Origin: Chthoniobacteraceae bacterium
GTDB taxonomy: Bacteria > Verrucomicrobiota > Verrucomicrobiia > Chthoniobacterales > Chthoniobacteraceae
NCBI GenBank assembly: GCA_037190965.1
Contig: JBBCKI010000019.1
Coordinates: 1-64,000, forward strand
Direction of reading: 5' to 3'
Length of the DNA: 64,000 bases
Positions 31,708-41,888 of the stretch are shown piece by piece. How positions within the stretch are numbered: position 1 is the stretch's first letter; each line of letters opens with the position of its first letter. The notes under the pieces were generated by a model. That model made no database searches, was not told the origin of the DNA, and saw only the letters and a program-made list of their open reading frames with translations. The position numbers were made by a program, and so were the translations under genes.

Positions 31708-32104
31708 AGAACGTACTTGAACGTACTTTAATGCGTACGGGTGTTTTTCTGTCGTACCGGCGAAGCGCATTCGAGATGCACAGATCAGCCAAACGGCGCC
31801 CGCGTTTTTCGGACGACGACGCTTGGCTAAAGGACTTCGCCAGGTCGTGTCGGGCGCGACAACGAGAGCAGCAGCGGCTGGCGCTAATCCTGTTTTTCGG
31901 CGAATAAGGCGGCGGACGAAGGTGCCGCAGACCGCGAGAAGGGCGATGGAACAAGTCCATCAAGGAACCCAAACGCCGCGAGCTGCAGGCTCAAGTCGAC
32001 AGGCCCAACAACCGTTGACCAATAAACGGAAAAAATCAGCCGTGCAAGGGGAAACTCGGGAGGGCGAGGTGACGGGAAAAGCGCCCGGTTTGAAGGATCA
32101 GACA

Positions 32105-32210
32105 GGTAGCCCGCTCTCGCCGAGAGCGCGGGATCGGTGAAGAGCCGCGTTCGGCGTCCGTCCCCCGCAGGACAGGCTGCTTCTGTTGGGATGCGGCCTT
32201 CCTGAAGGGT
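32105..32210. repeat. REPIN-like element, GTAG family, truncated copy (left arm and spacer only)
   Basis: ggtagcccgctctcgccgagagcgcgggatcgg is identical to the 23563 copy; similarity ends at the stop codon at 32211. Confidence 0.8.
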
Positions 32211-32786
32211 TCACTCTGGTTTATCGATCGTTGCCAATCCGTAGGCGGCGAGGTAGTTGCCTACGTCTGCCTTGGAATAGGCAGGCAAACGGTCGGGTAT
32301 GAAGGTCGGATAAAAGGTGTTGCCGCAGAAGTATTGATTGCGTCCCTGGAATACCGATCCGCTTGGGCTGGACGGGTCTGCCTGAATAAGCGTCACTTCA
32401 GAACTTCGGCTGAGAAATCGGTTCAACTCCTCGGTCGATAACACCAGGAGAGCTGGAGTGAATGTAACGCCGCGCACCTCAATACGAGAGCCATCGGTGG
32501 CGAAAATGAGGTTGGGCGCGGCGATCGATGCCAATTGCCGAGCTGAATCGAGCACCGGACGGTTGTCGTGAATGGTGGCGGAGCCGAAGAACTTATAGCC
32601 CGCAAAATGCGCGGTCAGAATGGCGATGCTGGCTGCTGCGGCTGCACCGCGAACGATGCGGCCACGCGACGGATCGATGGCAATGCGAACTCCCCAGATA
32701 AAAACCAGGATGATCCATGCCAATTCGCCCAGGCCGATCAAGGCGGCGATGATAAAGCATGCGATGCCGGTAAGCGTGAATTTCAT
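32211..32786 (-). CDS. Hypothetical membrane protein
   Basis: N-terminal hydrophobic helices followed by a soluble domain; co-oriented with the upstream genes. Confidence 0.6.
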   Translation of the reverse strand: MKFTLTGIACFIIAALIGLGELAWIILVFIWGVRIAIDPSRGRIVRGAAAAASIAILTAHFAGYKFFGSATIHDNRPVLDSARQLASIAAPNLIFATDGSRIEVRGVTFTPALLVLSTEELNRFLSRSSEVTLIQADPSSPSGSVFQGRNQYFCGNTFYPTFIPDRLPAYSKADVGNYLAAYGLATIDKPE

Positions 32787-32817
32787 GAGCGATTTCCGTT
32801 CACATCATGGCAGAAAA

Positions 32818-34245
32818 TCAATCAGGGCGGGCTGCGAAAAGACACTTGTGATGCCGGTACCAGTCGCTGGTGAAAAGTTCCCCGGGATCATGCTCCTGTT
32901 TGAGCCGGAGAAATTCCCTGAAGCGCGGATGGCATGCCTCGACCTGTTCGCGCGAAGCCCAGCGATGATAGGTCAGGTAGTAGCTTCCGCCAAACTGGAC
33001 GGCGAGGTCAATCAAGCCTCGGAACGCTTTCTGTGCAAGGGCAATGCCCGGTTCGGTGTGCTCCACGTGCAGGTTGAAAATGATGCAGGCCCACGGCTCG
33101 CGCGCCCATGCGAGGAAACTTTCCGTATCGCGTTCGATCAGCCGGATCGTTCCGTAGATGACGGGCACTCTTTGGCAGCGTAGCCACTCGGCGGCGTTCC
33201 CCATGAAGGCGGCGAGCGTGTCGCGCGGCACATAAATTTCGGTAATCATTTCGCTCCCCCGGCACGGCGCGCCGAGGTGGCAGTCGAGCTGTGCATGGTA
33301 GTCATCCACGTAGGTCGTCAACTGGTGTGTGTCGCTCCAGTACCGCTGGCCGTGCGTCGATAGATAGTAACCGGCGTATTCGTCGAAGACCCGGCGGCGG
33401 TCGGTGTGCGCGAGATAGAGCAGCCGGGTCCAGTCCTCGCCACGGAGTTCCTGCTGCCCGGCGGGAACCGGCAGATCGTCGTCGATCCGGTGGTAGGCCG
33501 AAAAAACACCACGTTGCAGGAAATCTGGCGAATTCTCGTCGATGGAGAACTGAAAGTCTCCAAAAAGCCACTCGGTCGTATCGCGCTCCTCGGGCACGCG
33601 GACCAATTCCTCCAGCGTGATGATCTCCACGCGCCGTTCGACTTTCCGGCGCTGCATCAGCCGCAGGGTGACTTCCTCGATGATCCCAAACATTCCATAA
33701 CCGCCGATGGCGAGGCGGAAGAGATCGGCATTCTCCATGCGGCTGCAATGGAGTATCTCACCCTGGGCATTCACAAGGCTGAACGCTTCCACATCCGAGA
33801 TGATGGGAGGCATTCGCAATCCCCGTCCATGGATATTGGCGGCTAGCGCACCCCCAAGCGTCAGTGAGTCCGCGCCCGTCTGCTTTTGCCGGATGCCCCA
33901 TGCCGCCGCACTTGTCCCGGAACTGTTCTGAATCGCCAGATAGCCTTCGATCAACTCACGCCACTGGATGCCCGCGCAGGCGGTGATCAGCCCGTGTTGA
34001 ATATCGAAAGCCCGGATCGCGGAATGCCGCCTCATATCGACCAGCCACGTTTCCTCCCCGAATTGCTGGCCCCCCATCGCATGGCGTCCTCCGCAAATGG
34101 AGAGCTTCGCTCCGGCTTTCCTTGCCGCATCGATGATCCTCGACAGGTCTTCTCGCTTTTCCGGCTCCATGACCCGGCGAATGCTGGTTTCGTTTAGTCG
34201 CGAATGAATGTCGTTGGCGATCAATCCATCGAGAAAGGCATCCAT
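32818..34245 (-). CDS. FAD-binding oxidoreductase (VAO/PCMH, GlcD/DprE1-like)
   Basis: Motifs GGRHAMGGQ, TLGGALAANIHGRG, IGGYGMFGII, GGSYYLTY, DP...F. Confidence 0.85.
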   Translation of the reverse strand: MDAFLDGLIANDIHSRLNETSIRRVMEPEKREDLSRIIDAARKAGAKLSICGGRHAMGGQQFGEETWLVDMRRHSAIRAFDIQHGLITACAGIQWRELIEGYLAIQNSSGTSAAAWGIRQKQTGADSLTLGGALAANIHGRGLRMPPIISDVEAFSLVNAQGEILHCSRMENADLFRLAIGGYGMFGIIEEVTLRLMQRRKVERRVEIITLEELVRVPEERDTTEWLFGDFQFSIDENSPDFLQRGVFSAYHRIDDDLPVPAGQQELRGEDWTRLLYLAHTDRRRVFDEYAGYYLSTHGQRYWSDTHQLTTYVDDYHAQLDCHLGAPCRGSEMITEIYVPRDTLAAFMGNAAEWLRCQRVPVIYGTIRLIERDTESFLAWAREPWACIIFNLHVEHTEPGIALAQKAFRGLIDLAVQFGGSYYLTYHRWASREQVEACHPRFREFLRLKQEHDPGELFTSDWYRHHKCLFAARPD

Positions 34246-34261
34246 GGAGGTGGAGGCTAAA

Positions 34262-35161
34262 CTAGGCTTGTTTCACTAGCAAGGCTACGGATTCCCCCTC
34301 GGCAAGCGGCTCCTTCTCAAGACCGTGTGGCAAAAGAAAGCGGCGGCGCAACTCATCGGGCGAACTAAGGGCCGAAAGATGCCAGCCGTGGGTCTCGACG
34401 AAGGTGGCGACCTCCGCACGCGGGAGTTCCCATTGGAAGGGTTCTCTGCGCCAGCGTAACCACCAGTCGATGGCGCGACCGCTCTGGTGGAAGGCTAGTG
34501 GTTTGTTAGGATGCGCTTCCATCCATGTAAAAGCGAAGCGGCTGCCGGGAACGGCGAATGCGGCCAGATCCCGGAAGATTTCCGAGACGCGGGCGGGCGG
34601 CAAATACATAAGAAGCCCTTCGGCAATGAAGAGGGTCGATTGAGTGGCGTCGTAACCAGGAATCACACTGAGTATCGACGACGGGGAGGCGTGCATCAAA
34701 TCCGCCGGTGCCAGAACGGGCGTCTCCTTCGGAGAGGCGTCGCGCAGTGCGGTCTTTGCCCCCTGGGTTGCGGGGTGATCGAGTTCGATGCAGAGAATGT
34801 CCGGGTTGGCCGCCTGCAACCTCCAGGCAAGCGTATCGAGCCCCGCTCCGAGAATGACGATTTGGCGGCAACCTGCTTTCAATGCTTCTTGTGCGATTTC
34901 ATCCAGCAGACGCTTGCGTGCGAAAAAGTGGAGGAAAATTCCCGGCAGGAAATAGCGTTCTGCCGCAAACAACCGCGCGCGCCACCACTTATGGCGTAAG
35001 GCGAAATTGAACCACCAGGCCGGGCCCGCCATCGCAAGGAGTTTCCGGGTCAGTTCCGCGCTTCCCGGCAGGAGCATTGGGCGAAGCGAAGGGGTAGCGT
35101 CGGCCAATAGGATTGCTCTTGCGATCAAGAGCGCGGTTGAACTGGTTCGGTTGGCTTTCAT
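34262..35161 (-). CDS. Class I SAM-dependent methyltransferase (LCM/YktD-like)
   Basis: Motifs QIVILGAGLDT, ELDHPATQ, IAEGLLMYL. Confidence 0.88.
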   Translation of the reverse strand: MKANRTSSTALLIARAILLADATPSLRPMLLPGSAELTRKLLAMAGPAWWFNFALRHKWWRARLFAAERYFLPGIFLHFFARKRLLDEIAQEALKAGCRQIVILGAGLDTLAWRLQAANPDILCIELDHPATQGAKTALRDASPKETPVLAPADLMHASPSSILSVIPGYDATQSTLFIAEGLLMYLPPARVSEIFRDLAAFAVPGSRFAFTWMEAHPNKPLAFHQSGRAIDWWLRWRREPFQWELPRAEVATFVETHGWHLSALSSPDELRRRFLLPHGLEKEPLAEGESVALLVKQA

Positions 35162-35205
35162 CCGTGGAGGCCCTATCACGTTATGTCAGAATCGCCCCGC
35201 CTTCA

Positions 35206-35369
35206 ATTATCCTGAATTCCGAAGTTGCTCGCGGCGATCTTGCACAACCTCTTGGGCATAAACGGTTTCGTCGAAGGCTCACAAAGATACGGCTACGCTT
35301 CTCCTCAACCGTTTCTGCACTAAGATTTTGCACAAGCTCATCCGCTCCAACATCGGAATTCAGGATAAT
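35206..35369. mobile_element. MITE-like element
   Basis: 22 bp terminal inverted repeat with 1 mismatch (attatcctgaattccgaagttg / caacatcggaattcaggataat) around ~120 bp of apparently non-coding DNA. Confidence 0.65.
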
Positions 35370-35435
35370 CGCGCAAAATGCAAACGATCGGGTGAGCTTC
35401 GCCCTGTGGGCCTAAAACACCCCTGTAAACACGAA

Positions 35436-35466
35436 GCTGGCGGAAGGAGGTAATCCTTCCGCCAGC
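35436..35466 (-). terminator. Hairpin downstream of secA
   Basis: gctggcggaagga/tccttccgccagc 13 bp stem. Confidence 0.7.
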
Positions 35467-35492
35467 CGTATCATAATCAATCAGGTGTCAGG

Positions 35493-38438
35493 CTACGCCT
35501 GTCTGCCGCAGCAGCTCTTATATTTCCGCCCGCTGCCGCAAGGGCAGGGATCGTTGCGGCCGATCTTTTCCTCTTCGCGGCGAGCGGTCACGCCTGCGAG
35601 TTCCCTCGGGGAGGGGGAATCCGAGAACGGTTCGCCCATCGGATCTTCCTGATGCAGGAGGTTCTGCGGAAGGCTCGTGAGGAACTGCTCGAAGGCTTGC
35701 AGGTTCGAGGTGCTGCGGAACAGATTGCCGAGAACCTCGTTTTTGATCCGTGCCATCAAATCGACAAAGATGTCGTAGGCCTCCGTCTTGTACTCGACGA
35801 GCGGGTCTTTCTGCCCGTAAGCGCGCAGGTAAACGGCTTCGCGTAGCGAGTCCATGGCGAAGAGGTGTTCCTGCCAGAGGCGGTCGATGGCGTTGAGGAT
35901 GATGTAGCGTTCCAGCCCGATAACGGCGGTCGGCTCCTCGTGCTTGATCTTGAGCCCGTAGGACTCTTTGACTTTCTCTACAACCCATGAGGCAATCTCC
36001 CCGGTTTCCATTTTCTCGAAATGCGCCTTGTCCGGCGTAATCCCGAGCGGGAAGGTAGTGTTGATCCAGTTCAACAACGCGCCGTAGTTCGGGGTGTTGT
36101 CGTCCGTATCGGGAGCGAGAAGTTCGTTGACCTTCACGGGAACGGCTTCCTCGATGATCTCGAAGATCAGCTTGCGCGGTTCGTCCGTGTCGATGGTCTC
36201 GTTGCGGAAGCCGTAGACGACCTCGCGCTGTTTGTTCATGACGTCGTCGAACTCCAGGGTGCGGCGGCGCATCTGGTAGTTGCGTTGCTCCACGCGTTTC
36301 TGGGCCGTTTCCACGGACTTGTTGAGCCACGGGTGTTCCAGCTCTTCGCCCTCTTTCATCCCGAAGCGCTCCATCATCTTCGTCATGCGGTCTGCCGCGC
36401 CGAAGTTGCGCATCAGATCGTCTTCGAAGGAGACAAAGAAACGGGAGAGACCGGGGTCGCCCTGACGGGAGCAACGGCCGCGCAGCTGGCGGTCGATGCG
36501 GCGTGATTCGTGGCGTTCGGTGCCGATGACGTAAAGGCCGCCGACCTCCGTGACGCCGGAGCCAAGTTTGATGTCGGTGCCGCGACCCGCCATGTTGGTG
36601 GAGATCGTGACCGATCCCGGCTGGCCCGCGCGGGCGACGATCTCGGCCTCCTGCGCGTGGTACTTCGCGTTGAGGACGGTGTGCGGGATCTTCTCGCGCT
36701 TGAGCATGCGGCTCAGGAGTTCCGAAGCCTCCACGCTGACCGTGCCGACGAGCACCGGTTGCTGGCGTCCGTGCGCCGCCTTGATTTCGTTGACGACGGC
36801 ATTGTACTTCTCCCGCCGGGTCTTGAAGATCAGATCGTTGAGATCCTTGCGAATGCAGGGCCGGTTGGTCGGGATGACCACGACGTCGAGCTTGTAAATA
36901 TCGTGGAACTCGTTGACCTCGGTTTCCGCCGTGCCGGTCATGCCCGCCAGCTTGGCGTAGAGGCGGAAGTAGTTCTGAATGGTGATCGTGGCGAGGGTCT
37001 GCGTCTCTTTGTCGATCTGCACGCCTTCCTTCGCCTCCACGGCCTGGTGGAGCCCGTCGCTCCAGCGGCGGCCCGCCATCTTGCGGCCCGTGAATTCGTC
37101 AACGATGACCACCTTGTTCTCCTCGACGACGTACTGAACGTCTTTCTCGAAGAGGCAGTAGGCGCGGAGAAGCTGCGAGATGTTGTGCATCCGCTCGGCC
37201 TGCCGGTCGCAGTATTCCTGTTTCTCGGCCTTGGCGGCGATCTTCTGCTCCTCGGTGAGGGAGTTATTGGTGTCGATCTCCGCAAACTGCGTAATGAGAT
37301 CGGGCAGCACGAAGGCGTCGGGATCGTTCGGGTTGAGGAATTCGCGGCCCTGCTCGCTCAGGTCAGCTTCGTGGGCGCGTTCGTCGATGGTGAAGAGGAG
37401 GCTTTCCTTCAGCGCGAAGAGCTCCGTTTTCTGCGAGTCGCCATGCATGGAGAGCTCGGCCTTGTCGATCGCTTTGCGTTGGTCGGGCTCCTCCATCGCC
37501 CGCAGGAGCGCCTTGTGGCGCGGCTGGGCCAGCTTGATCTTGAAGAAAATGCGGCCTGCCTCTTCGTTCTTCCCTTGTTTGAAGAGTTCTTCGCCCTCGG
37601 CGGCGAGGCGGTTGGTGAGAATCGCCTGCCGCTTGACGAGTTGCTCCACCAGCGGCTTGTACTTGTCGAACTGGTGGCTGGAGACCGTGGAGGGGCCGGA
37701 GATGATCAGCGGGGTACGGGCCTCGTCAATCAGGATCGAGTCGACCTCGTCAACGATGGCGAACGAGTAGCCGCGCTGCACCTGCAACTCCCGGCTCGTG
37801 GCCATGCCGTTGTCGCGCAGGTAATCGAAGCCGAATTCCGAGTTCGTCCCGTAGGTGATGTCGCAGGCGTATTGCTCGCGGCGGAGTTCCGGCGGCTGAT
37901 CGTGCTGGATGCAACCGCAGGTGAGGCCGAGGAACCGGAAGAGCGTGCCCATCCAGTCCGAGTCGCGCCGTGCGAGGTAGTCGTTCACCGTGACGAGGTG
38001 CGCGCCGCGCCCGGTCAGCGCGTTGAGATAAAGCGGGAGCGTGGCGACGAGCGTTTTGCCTTCGCCGGTGGCCATTTCGGAAATCTTGCCGTTGTGCAGC
38101 ACCATGCCGCCGATCAACTGCACATCGAAGTGCACCATGTTCCAGGTGGCGGGTACCCCGCAGACCATGACTTCCTGGCCCACAAGGCGGCGCGCGCCGT
38201 TTTTGACGACGGCAAACGCTTCGGGAAGGATCTCGTTGAGGTATTTCTGCTGCGCGTCGTAATCCTCGATTTTGGCGAGCGCCTCTTTCCAATTGGCCGT
38301 CTTGGCCCGCAACTGATCGTCGGAAAGCGATTGAAGTTGTTTTTCGAGCTCGCTGATCTTTTCCGCAATCGGTCGCAGCCGGCGGATTTCCCGCTGGTTC
38401 TTCGAGCCGACGATTTTCTTCAGGATCCAGTTCACCAT
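35493..38438 (-). CDS. secA: Preprotein translocase ATPase SecA
   Basis: Motifs EMATGEGKT, DEVDSILIDEARTPLIISG, QLRGRC; SEC-C motif GRNDPCPCGSG. Confidence 0.98.
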   Translation of the reverse strand: MVNWILKKIVGSKNQREIRRLRPIAEKISELEKQLQSLSDDQLRAKTANWKEALAKIEDYDAQQKYLNEILPEAFAVVKNGARRLVGQEVMVCGVPATWNMVHFDVQLIGGMVLHNGKISEMATGEGKTLVATLPLYLNALTGRGAHLVTVNDYLARRDSDWMGTLFRFLGLTCGCIQHDQPPELRREQYACDITYGTNSEFGFDYLRDNGMATSRELQVQRGYSFAIVDEVDSILIDEARTPLIISGPSTVSSHQFDKYKPLVEQLVKRQAILTNRLAAEGEELFKQGKNEEAGRIFFKIKLAQPRHKALLRAMEEPDQRKAIDKAELSMHGDSQKTELFALKESLLFTIDERAHEADLSEQGREFLNPNDPDAFVLPDLITQFAEIDTNNSLTEEQKIAAKAEKQEYCDRQAERMHNISQLLRAYCLFEKDVQYVVEENKVVIVDEFTGRKMAGRRWSDGLHQAVEAKEGVQIDKETQTLATITIQNYFRLYAKLAGMTGTAETEVNEFHDIYKLDVVVIPTNRPCIRKDLNDLIFKTRREKYNAVVNEIKAAHGRQQPVLVGTVSVEASELLSRMLKREKIPHTVLNAKYHAQEAEIVARAGQPGSVTISTNMAGRGTDIKLGSGVTEVGGLYVIGTERHESRRIDRQLRGRCSRQGDPGLSRFFVSFEDDLMRNFGAADRMTKMMERFGMKEGEELEHPWLNKSVETAQKRVEQRNYQMRRRTLEFDDVMNKQREVVYGFRNETIDTDEPRKLIFEIIEEAVPVKVNELLAPDTDDNTPNYGALLNWINTTFPLGITPDKAHFEKMETGEIASWVVEKVKESYGLKIKHEEPTAVIGLERYIILNAIDRLWQEHLFAMDSLREAVYLRAYGQKDPLVEYKTEAYDIFVDLMARIKNEVLGNLFRSTSNLQAFEQFLTSLPQNLLHQEDPMGEPFSDSPSPRELAGVTARREEEKIGRNDPCPCGSGRKYKSCCGRQA

Positions 38439-38469
38439 AACAATTTGAGGAGAGAGAGTCCGGAGTGGC

Positions 38470-39057
38470 TTACTTGCTGCCCGGTTTGGTGCCAGGGGTG
38501 GCTGCCAGGTCGGGTGGAAGTTGATCGGGCTCGAAGGTTTCTATATCCAATTTAACCAGACTGACAAACGGGGCGCCGAAGTCGGGTGTCTGGCTCCCGC
38601 TCCGATCCACCAGCGTCCCGACCGCCGCGACGATGCCGCCACGGCTTCGGACGATTTCCAAGGTTTCCTGCACGCGGCCACCGCGTGTCACCACATCTTC
38701 AAGAACCAGAAAGCGTTCGCCAGGCCGAATTGTAAAGCCCCGGCGCAGAACCAGCCGGCCCTCTTCCTTTTCGGCGAAAATATGGCGCTTGTTGAGGCTG
38801 CGCGCAACTTCATGTCCCACGATCAATCCGCCAAGCGCCGGGGAGATCACGCTCTCGGCTTCGAAGCCGCAGAGCTTGGCGGCCAGCGCGGCACATACGC
38901 GGGCGGCAATGGCCGGGTTTTGAAGAAGAATCGCGCATTGGAGAAACTGGCGGCTGTGCAGGCCGGAGCGGAGGACGAAATGCCCGTCCAGCAACGCGTT
39001 GGTTTCTTTGAAAAGAGCGACGACTTCCTCGGGATTCATGGTGCCTGGTGCGGTCAT
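38470..39057 (-). CDS. pyrE: Orotate phosphoribosyltransferase
   Basis: Motifs GHFVLRSGLHS, LEDVVTRGG, KPGSK tail. Confidence 0.92.
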   Translation of the reverse strand: MTAPGTMNPEEVVALFKETNALLDGHFVLRSGLHSRQFLQCAILLQNPAIAARVCAALAAKLCGFEAESVISPALGGLIVGHEVARSLNKRHIFAEKEEGRLVLRRGFTIRPGERFLVLEDVVTRGGRVQETLEIVRSRGGIVAAVGTLVDRSGSQTPDFGAPFVSLVKLDIETFEPDQLPPDLAATPGTKPGSK

Positions 39058-39101
39058 TGTAATCGTTCTGCGCGTTCTGCGTTTTGGTCGTGGCAGGCTC
39101 T

Positions 39102-39482
39102 TTACTCCTTGATGGCGAGCGCCTCGATTTCAACCTGCGATCCCTTGGGCAGTCCGGCTACCTGGATGGTGGAGCGGGCGGGGAAGGGCTCGGAAAAATA
39201 GCGCGCATAGACTTCGTTCATCGCGGCAAAGTTGGCGAGGTCGGTTAGGAAAACGGTGGTTTTTACCACATCGGCGTAAGTCATGCCGTTGGCGCGAAGT
39301 ACCCCGCCAAGGTTCTCCAGGACGCGTTCCGTCTGGGCTTTGACATCGCCCTCGATCAATTCCCCGGTCGCCGGGTTCAGCGGGATCTGTCCGGCGCAGT
39401 AGAGGGTATTCCCCACGGCGATGGCTTGAGAGTAAGGCCCGACGGCGGTTGGAGCTTCAGGAGAGGCGATTACTTTTTTCAT
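39102..39482 (-). CDS. ridA: RidA/YjgF family deaminase
   Basis: Motifs GPYSQA, GQIP, FAAMNEVY, PARS, VEIE. Confidence 0.93.
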   Translation of the reverse strand: MKKVIASPEAPTAVGPYSQAIAVGNTLYCAGQIPLNPATGELIEGDVKAQTERVLENLGGVLRANGMTYADVVKTTVFLTDLANFAAMNEVYARYFSEPFPARSTIQVAGLPKGSQVEIEALAIKE

Positions 39483-39614
39483 GGGAAGTGGCGACACTAC
39501 CAGAGACGTCCCCTGTGTCAACGCGTCGGCGCACTTGCTTTTTCGAAAGGGGCCTGGTCAAACGACCGCAAAAGATTGACGGGAGGTGAAGGGATATTGC
39601 AGAAAGCGGGAGGT

Positions 39615-40133
39615 ATGAAACGCTCCCTTCTTCTTGCGGGATTGTTATTGGCGCCATGGATTGTACAGGCAGCAGATAACTTTCAGGTCTCCGTTTTGCG
39701 TAAAAAGGCCGATGCCATTCGCGCGAAGGCGGCCCGGCCGGGGGAGGAGATCACGGCGACGGAGACAGTTTTTTATCAGGTCACCGTTGCCAACAGGGCT
39801 TTCAAGGAGACGGGGGCTGTGACGGCGAGGTACATTCTTTTCGTCGAACGGCAGGAACTCGGGGTGAAAGCCGGTTCAGAGCAAATCGACAAGGAAAAGG
39901 GGGAGAATGCCGTCGAAGCGCTCAAGCCTCAGGGGAAGGTGTCTTTCAACACTTCCGAGATCACTCTTCGCGAACAATCGCTGTCGGGGGGGAACTTTAT
40001 TTATCTCAATGGCGGGCGTATCAAGGCGAAGGACAGCCTTGTCGGGATTTGGGTCAAGCTCTTCGAAGGCGAGACCCAGGTGGGCGAGTACATCAACCCT
40101 TCGACCCTCTCCAATAAGTATAAGTGGAATTAG
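39615..40133 (+). CDS. Secreted hypothetical protein
   Basis: GGAGG RBS; signal peptide MKRSLLLAG...VQA; beta-rich mature part. Confidence 0.75.
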   Translation: MKRSLLLAGLLLAPWIVQAADNFQVSVLRKKADAIRAKAARPGEEITATETVFYQVTVANRAFKETGAVTARYILFVERQELGVKAGSEQIDKEKGENAVEALKPQGKVSFNTSEITLREQSLSGGNFIYLNGGRIKAKDSLVGIWVKLFEGETQVGEYINPSTLSNKYKWN

Positions 40134-40147
40134 CCTAATTCCCTTTT

Positions 40148-40936
40148 TTAGACCGTTCCCGACCAGATCAGCAGTCCCGGTAAAATTAGGAGGGCATCGG
40201 CGATCAACGGTCCCAGGATTTCCTGGCTGAGAAGCGCGGGAAACTGCGCCGCCAGAGCCAGTGCCGCTCCCGGGAGGGCGAGTTCCAGCGCGCCGCTGGA
40301 GGCCGAAAGGGCGATCGAGATCAGAAGAATCCCTGTGGCGATCCGGCACGCGGCGAGAGGGCCGAGCAGGACCGGAAGTGTCGGGACATGATTCTGCCGG
40401 TCGCGTTCCCGGTCTTTAAGGTCGCATAGGATCGCATTTGCCGCGATCATAAGGAACAGCGGCACCGGAATGGCAAGGATTGAGCTCAACCGGCCTGCGC
40501 CCGCAAAGGGAAGGGTGGCGCTTGCCCACGTCCATGCCAGGGCGATAGCCGCCGTTTTGGCCAGGGGCAGATGCTTGAGCCGTGGGTAGGCGAGGGAGAT
40601 TGCGGAAAGGATGAAGACGCCCGCCTGAAGGGAGTGCGGCATCTGGAGTGCGGCAAAGAGGGTGAGCCCCGCGAAAAGGATGGCAGCCTTCCAGAGGGTG
40701 CCTTGCAGCGGGGGCGGGTTCGAAGCCTGCGGCGGGTCAATCAGCCGATCCACCGTATAGGCGGCTCCGACGCCCGCCAGGAAAAGCGTCAACCCCCAGG
40801 AAGTAAACGGCGCACCAAGGGCGTGGCGCATGGTCTCCGCGAGTGACCACGCCACCGCGATGGGGAGCCCGCAGTAAACAAGCATCGCAAGGGAGCGTCC
40901 GCTCCGGCGCAAGCTGTCTTCAGAGGCGGATGGCAT
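40148..40936 (-). CDS. UbiA-like prenyltransferase family membrane protein
   Basis: Motifs YTVDRLID, RLK, CDLKDRERD...VPTLPV. Confidence 0.75.
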   Translation of the reverse strand: MPSASEDSLRRSGRSLAMLVYCGLPIAVAWSLAETMRHALGAPFTSWGLTLFLAGVGAAYTVDRLIDPPQASNPPPLQGTLWKAAILFAGLTLFAALQMPHSLQAGVFILSAISLAYPRLKHLPLAKTAAIALAWTWASATLPFAGAGRLSSILAIPVPLFLMIAANAILCDLKDRERDRQNHVPTLPVLLGPLAACRIATGILLISIALSASSGALELALPGAALALAAQFPALLSQEILGPLIADALLILPGLLIWSGTV

Positions 40937-40939
40937 CCT

Positions 40940-41788
40940 CTATCGGGCCTTCCCTGTTATCTTTTCGCTCGGGGAGGGGGAAGAGGAAGGTTTTGGAATC
41001 TTGGGCGGAGTCTTGGGATGGGCCGCCGCCATATATCGCTGCGCTTCCAGGTTGAACTCACGGACGGCCGCCGGATCGTTGAGATCGAGCGATTGCCTTC
41101 GTTGCGCAAGGGCGTTGAACCAGCGTTTGAGGTCGTCCTCGGTTTTGGCGACCCCCTCGGCGGCAAGGTTCTGGCTTCCATCGAAGAAACAGGCCTGGGT
41201 GACATAGAAAAGTTCACCGGAACCGGGGCCGGTATCGTCGCGGACCAGGGAGGAACGCCAGAGGAAACTTCCCTTTCGCGCCTCGACCAGGCCGCCACGA
41301 AAATCCACGAGGTAACCGGGCTTCAGCTGCCCGAAAAGCGCCGCGATTTCCCGATTGGCGGGGATGAGATGCAGATTGGCGCTCTGCTTCACCGCTTCTT
41401 CCGCGGCAAGAAGAGGCTTCGCGTTCCAGCGGAAGGAATATTCGCGGCTGCGCTGTGAGAAAGTGAGGTCAGACAGCACCTTGGTATCAGACATCGGGCC
41501 CCATCCCAGAACCAGGTCGAAGGGGGCCAGTGCAGACTGCGTATCGTGGTAGCGCTGTACCGAGAGAACCCGTCCCTGAATATGGAACCCCGCCAGGCGG
41601 GTCAACTCATACTCTTTGATGGAGGCGGGGATGGGAGTGGCGTCGCCATCGGTTTGGATCGGGGCGTTCTGAATCAGGATCCCCGGCGCGTGGCGCACCG
41701 GGCTCAAAGCGAACCAGAGCCAGACTCCCGCCCCCAGCAGGGCCAGAAGGAGAAGCCGGAAGAATATTTTGGCGGCAAGGCTTTTCAC
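40940..41788 (-). CDS. Membrane-anchored hypothetical protein
   Basis: GTG start, N-terminal TM helix; motifs DLVLGWGPMSD, SANLHLIPA, SLVRDDTG. Confidence 0.65.
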   Translation of the reverse strand: MKSLAAKIFFRLLLLALLGAGVWLWFALSPVRHAPGILIQNAPIQTDGDATPIPASIKEYELTRLAGFHIQGRVLSVQRYHDTQSALAPFDLVLGWGPMSDTKVLSDLTFSQRSREYSFRWNAKPLLAAEEAVKQSANLHLIPANREIAALFGQLKPGYLVDFRGGLVEARKGSFLWRSSLVRDDTGPGSGELFYVTQACFFDGSQNLAAEGVAKTEDDLKRWFNALAQRRQSLDLNDPAAVREFNLEAQRYMAAAHPKTPPKIPKPSSSPSPSEKITGKAR

Positions 41789-41888
41789 AACAGATCCGGA
41801 CACGGTTCTTTGCACAGCGATGGCGCAAACGCAATGGATTTCAGTGGAGTCCCCCGGCAAAAGCAGCCATGGTTGCCCACTTATTCTT

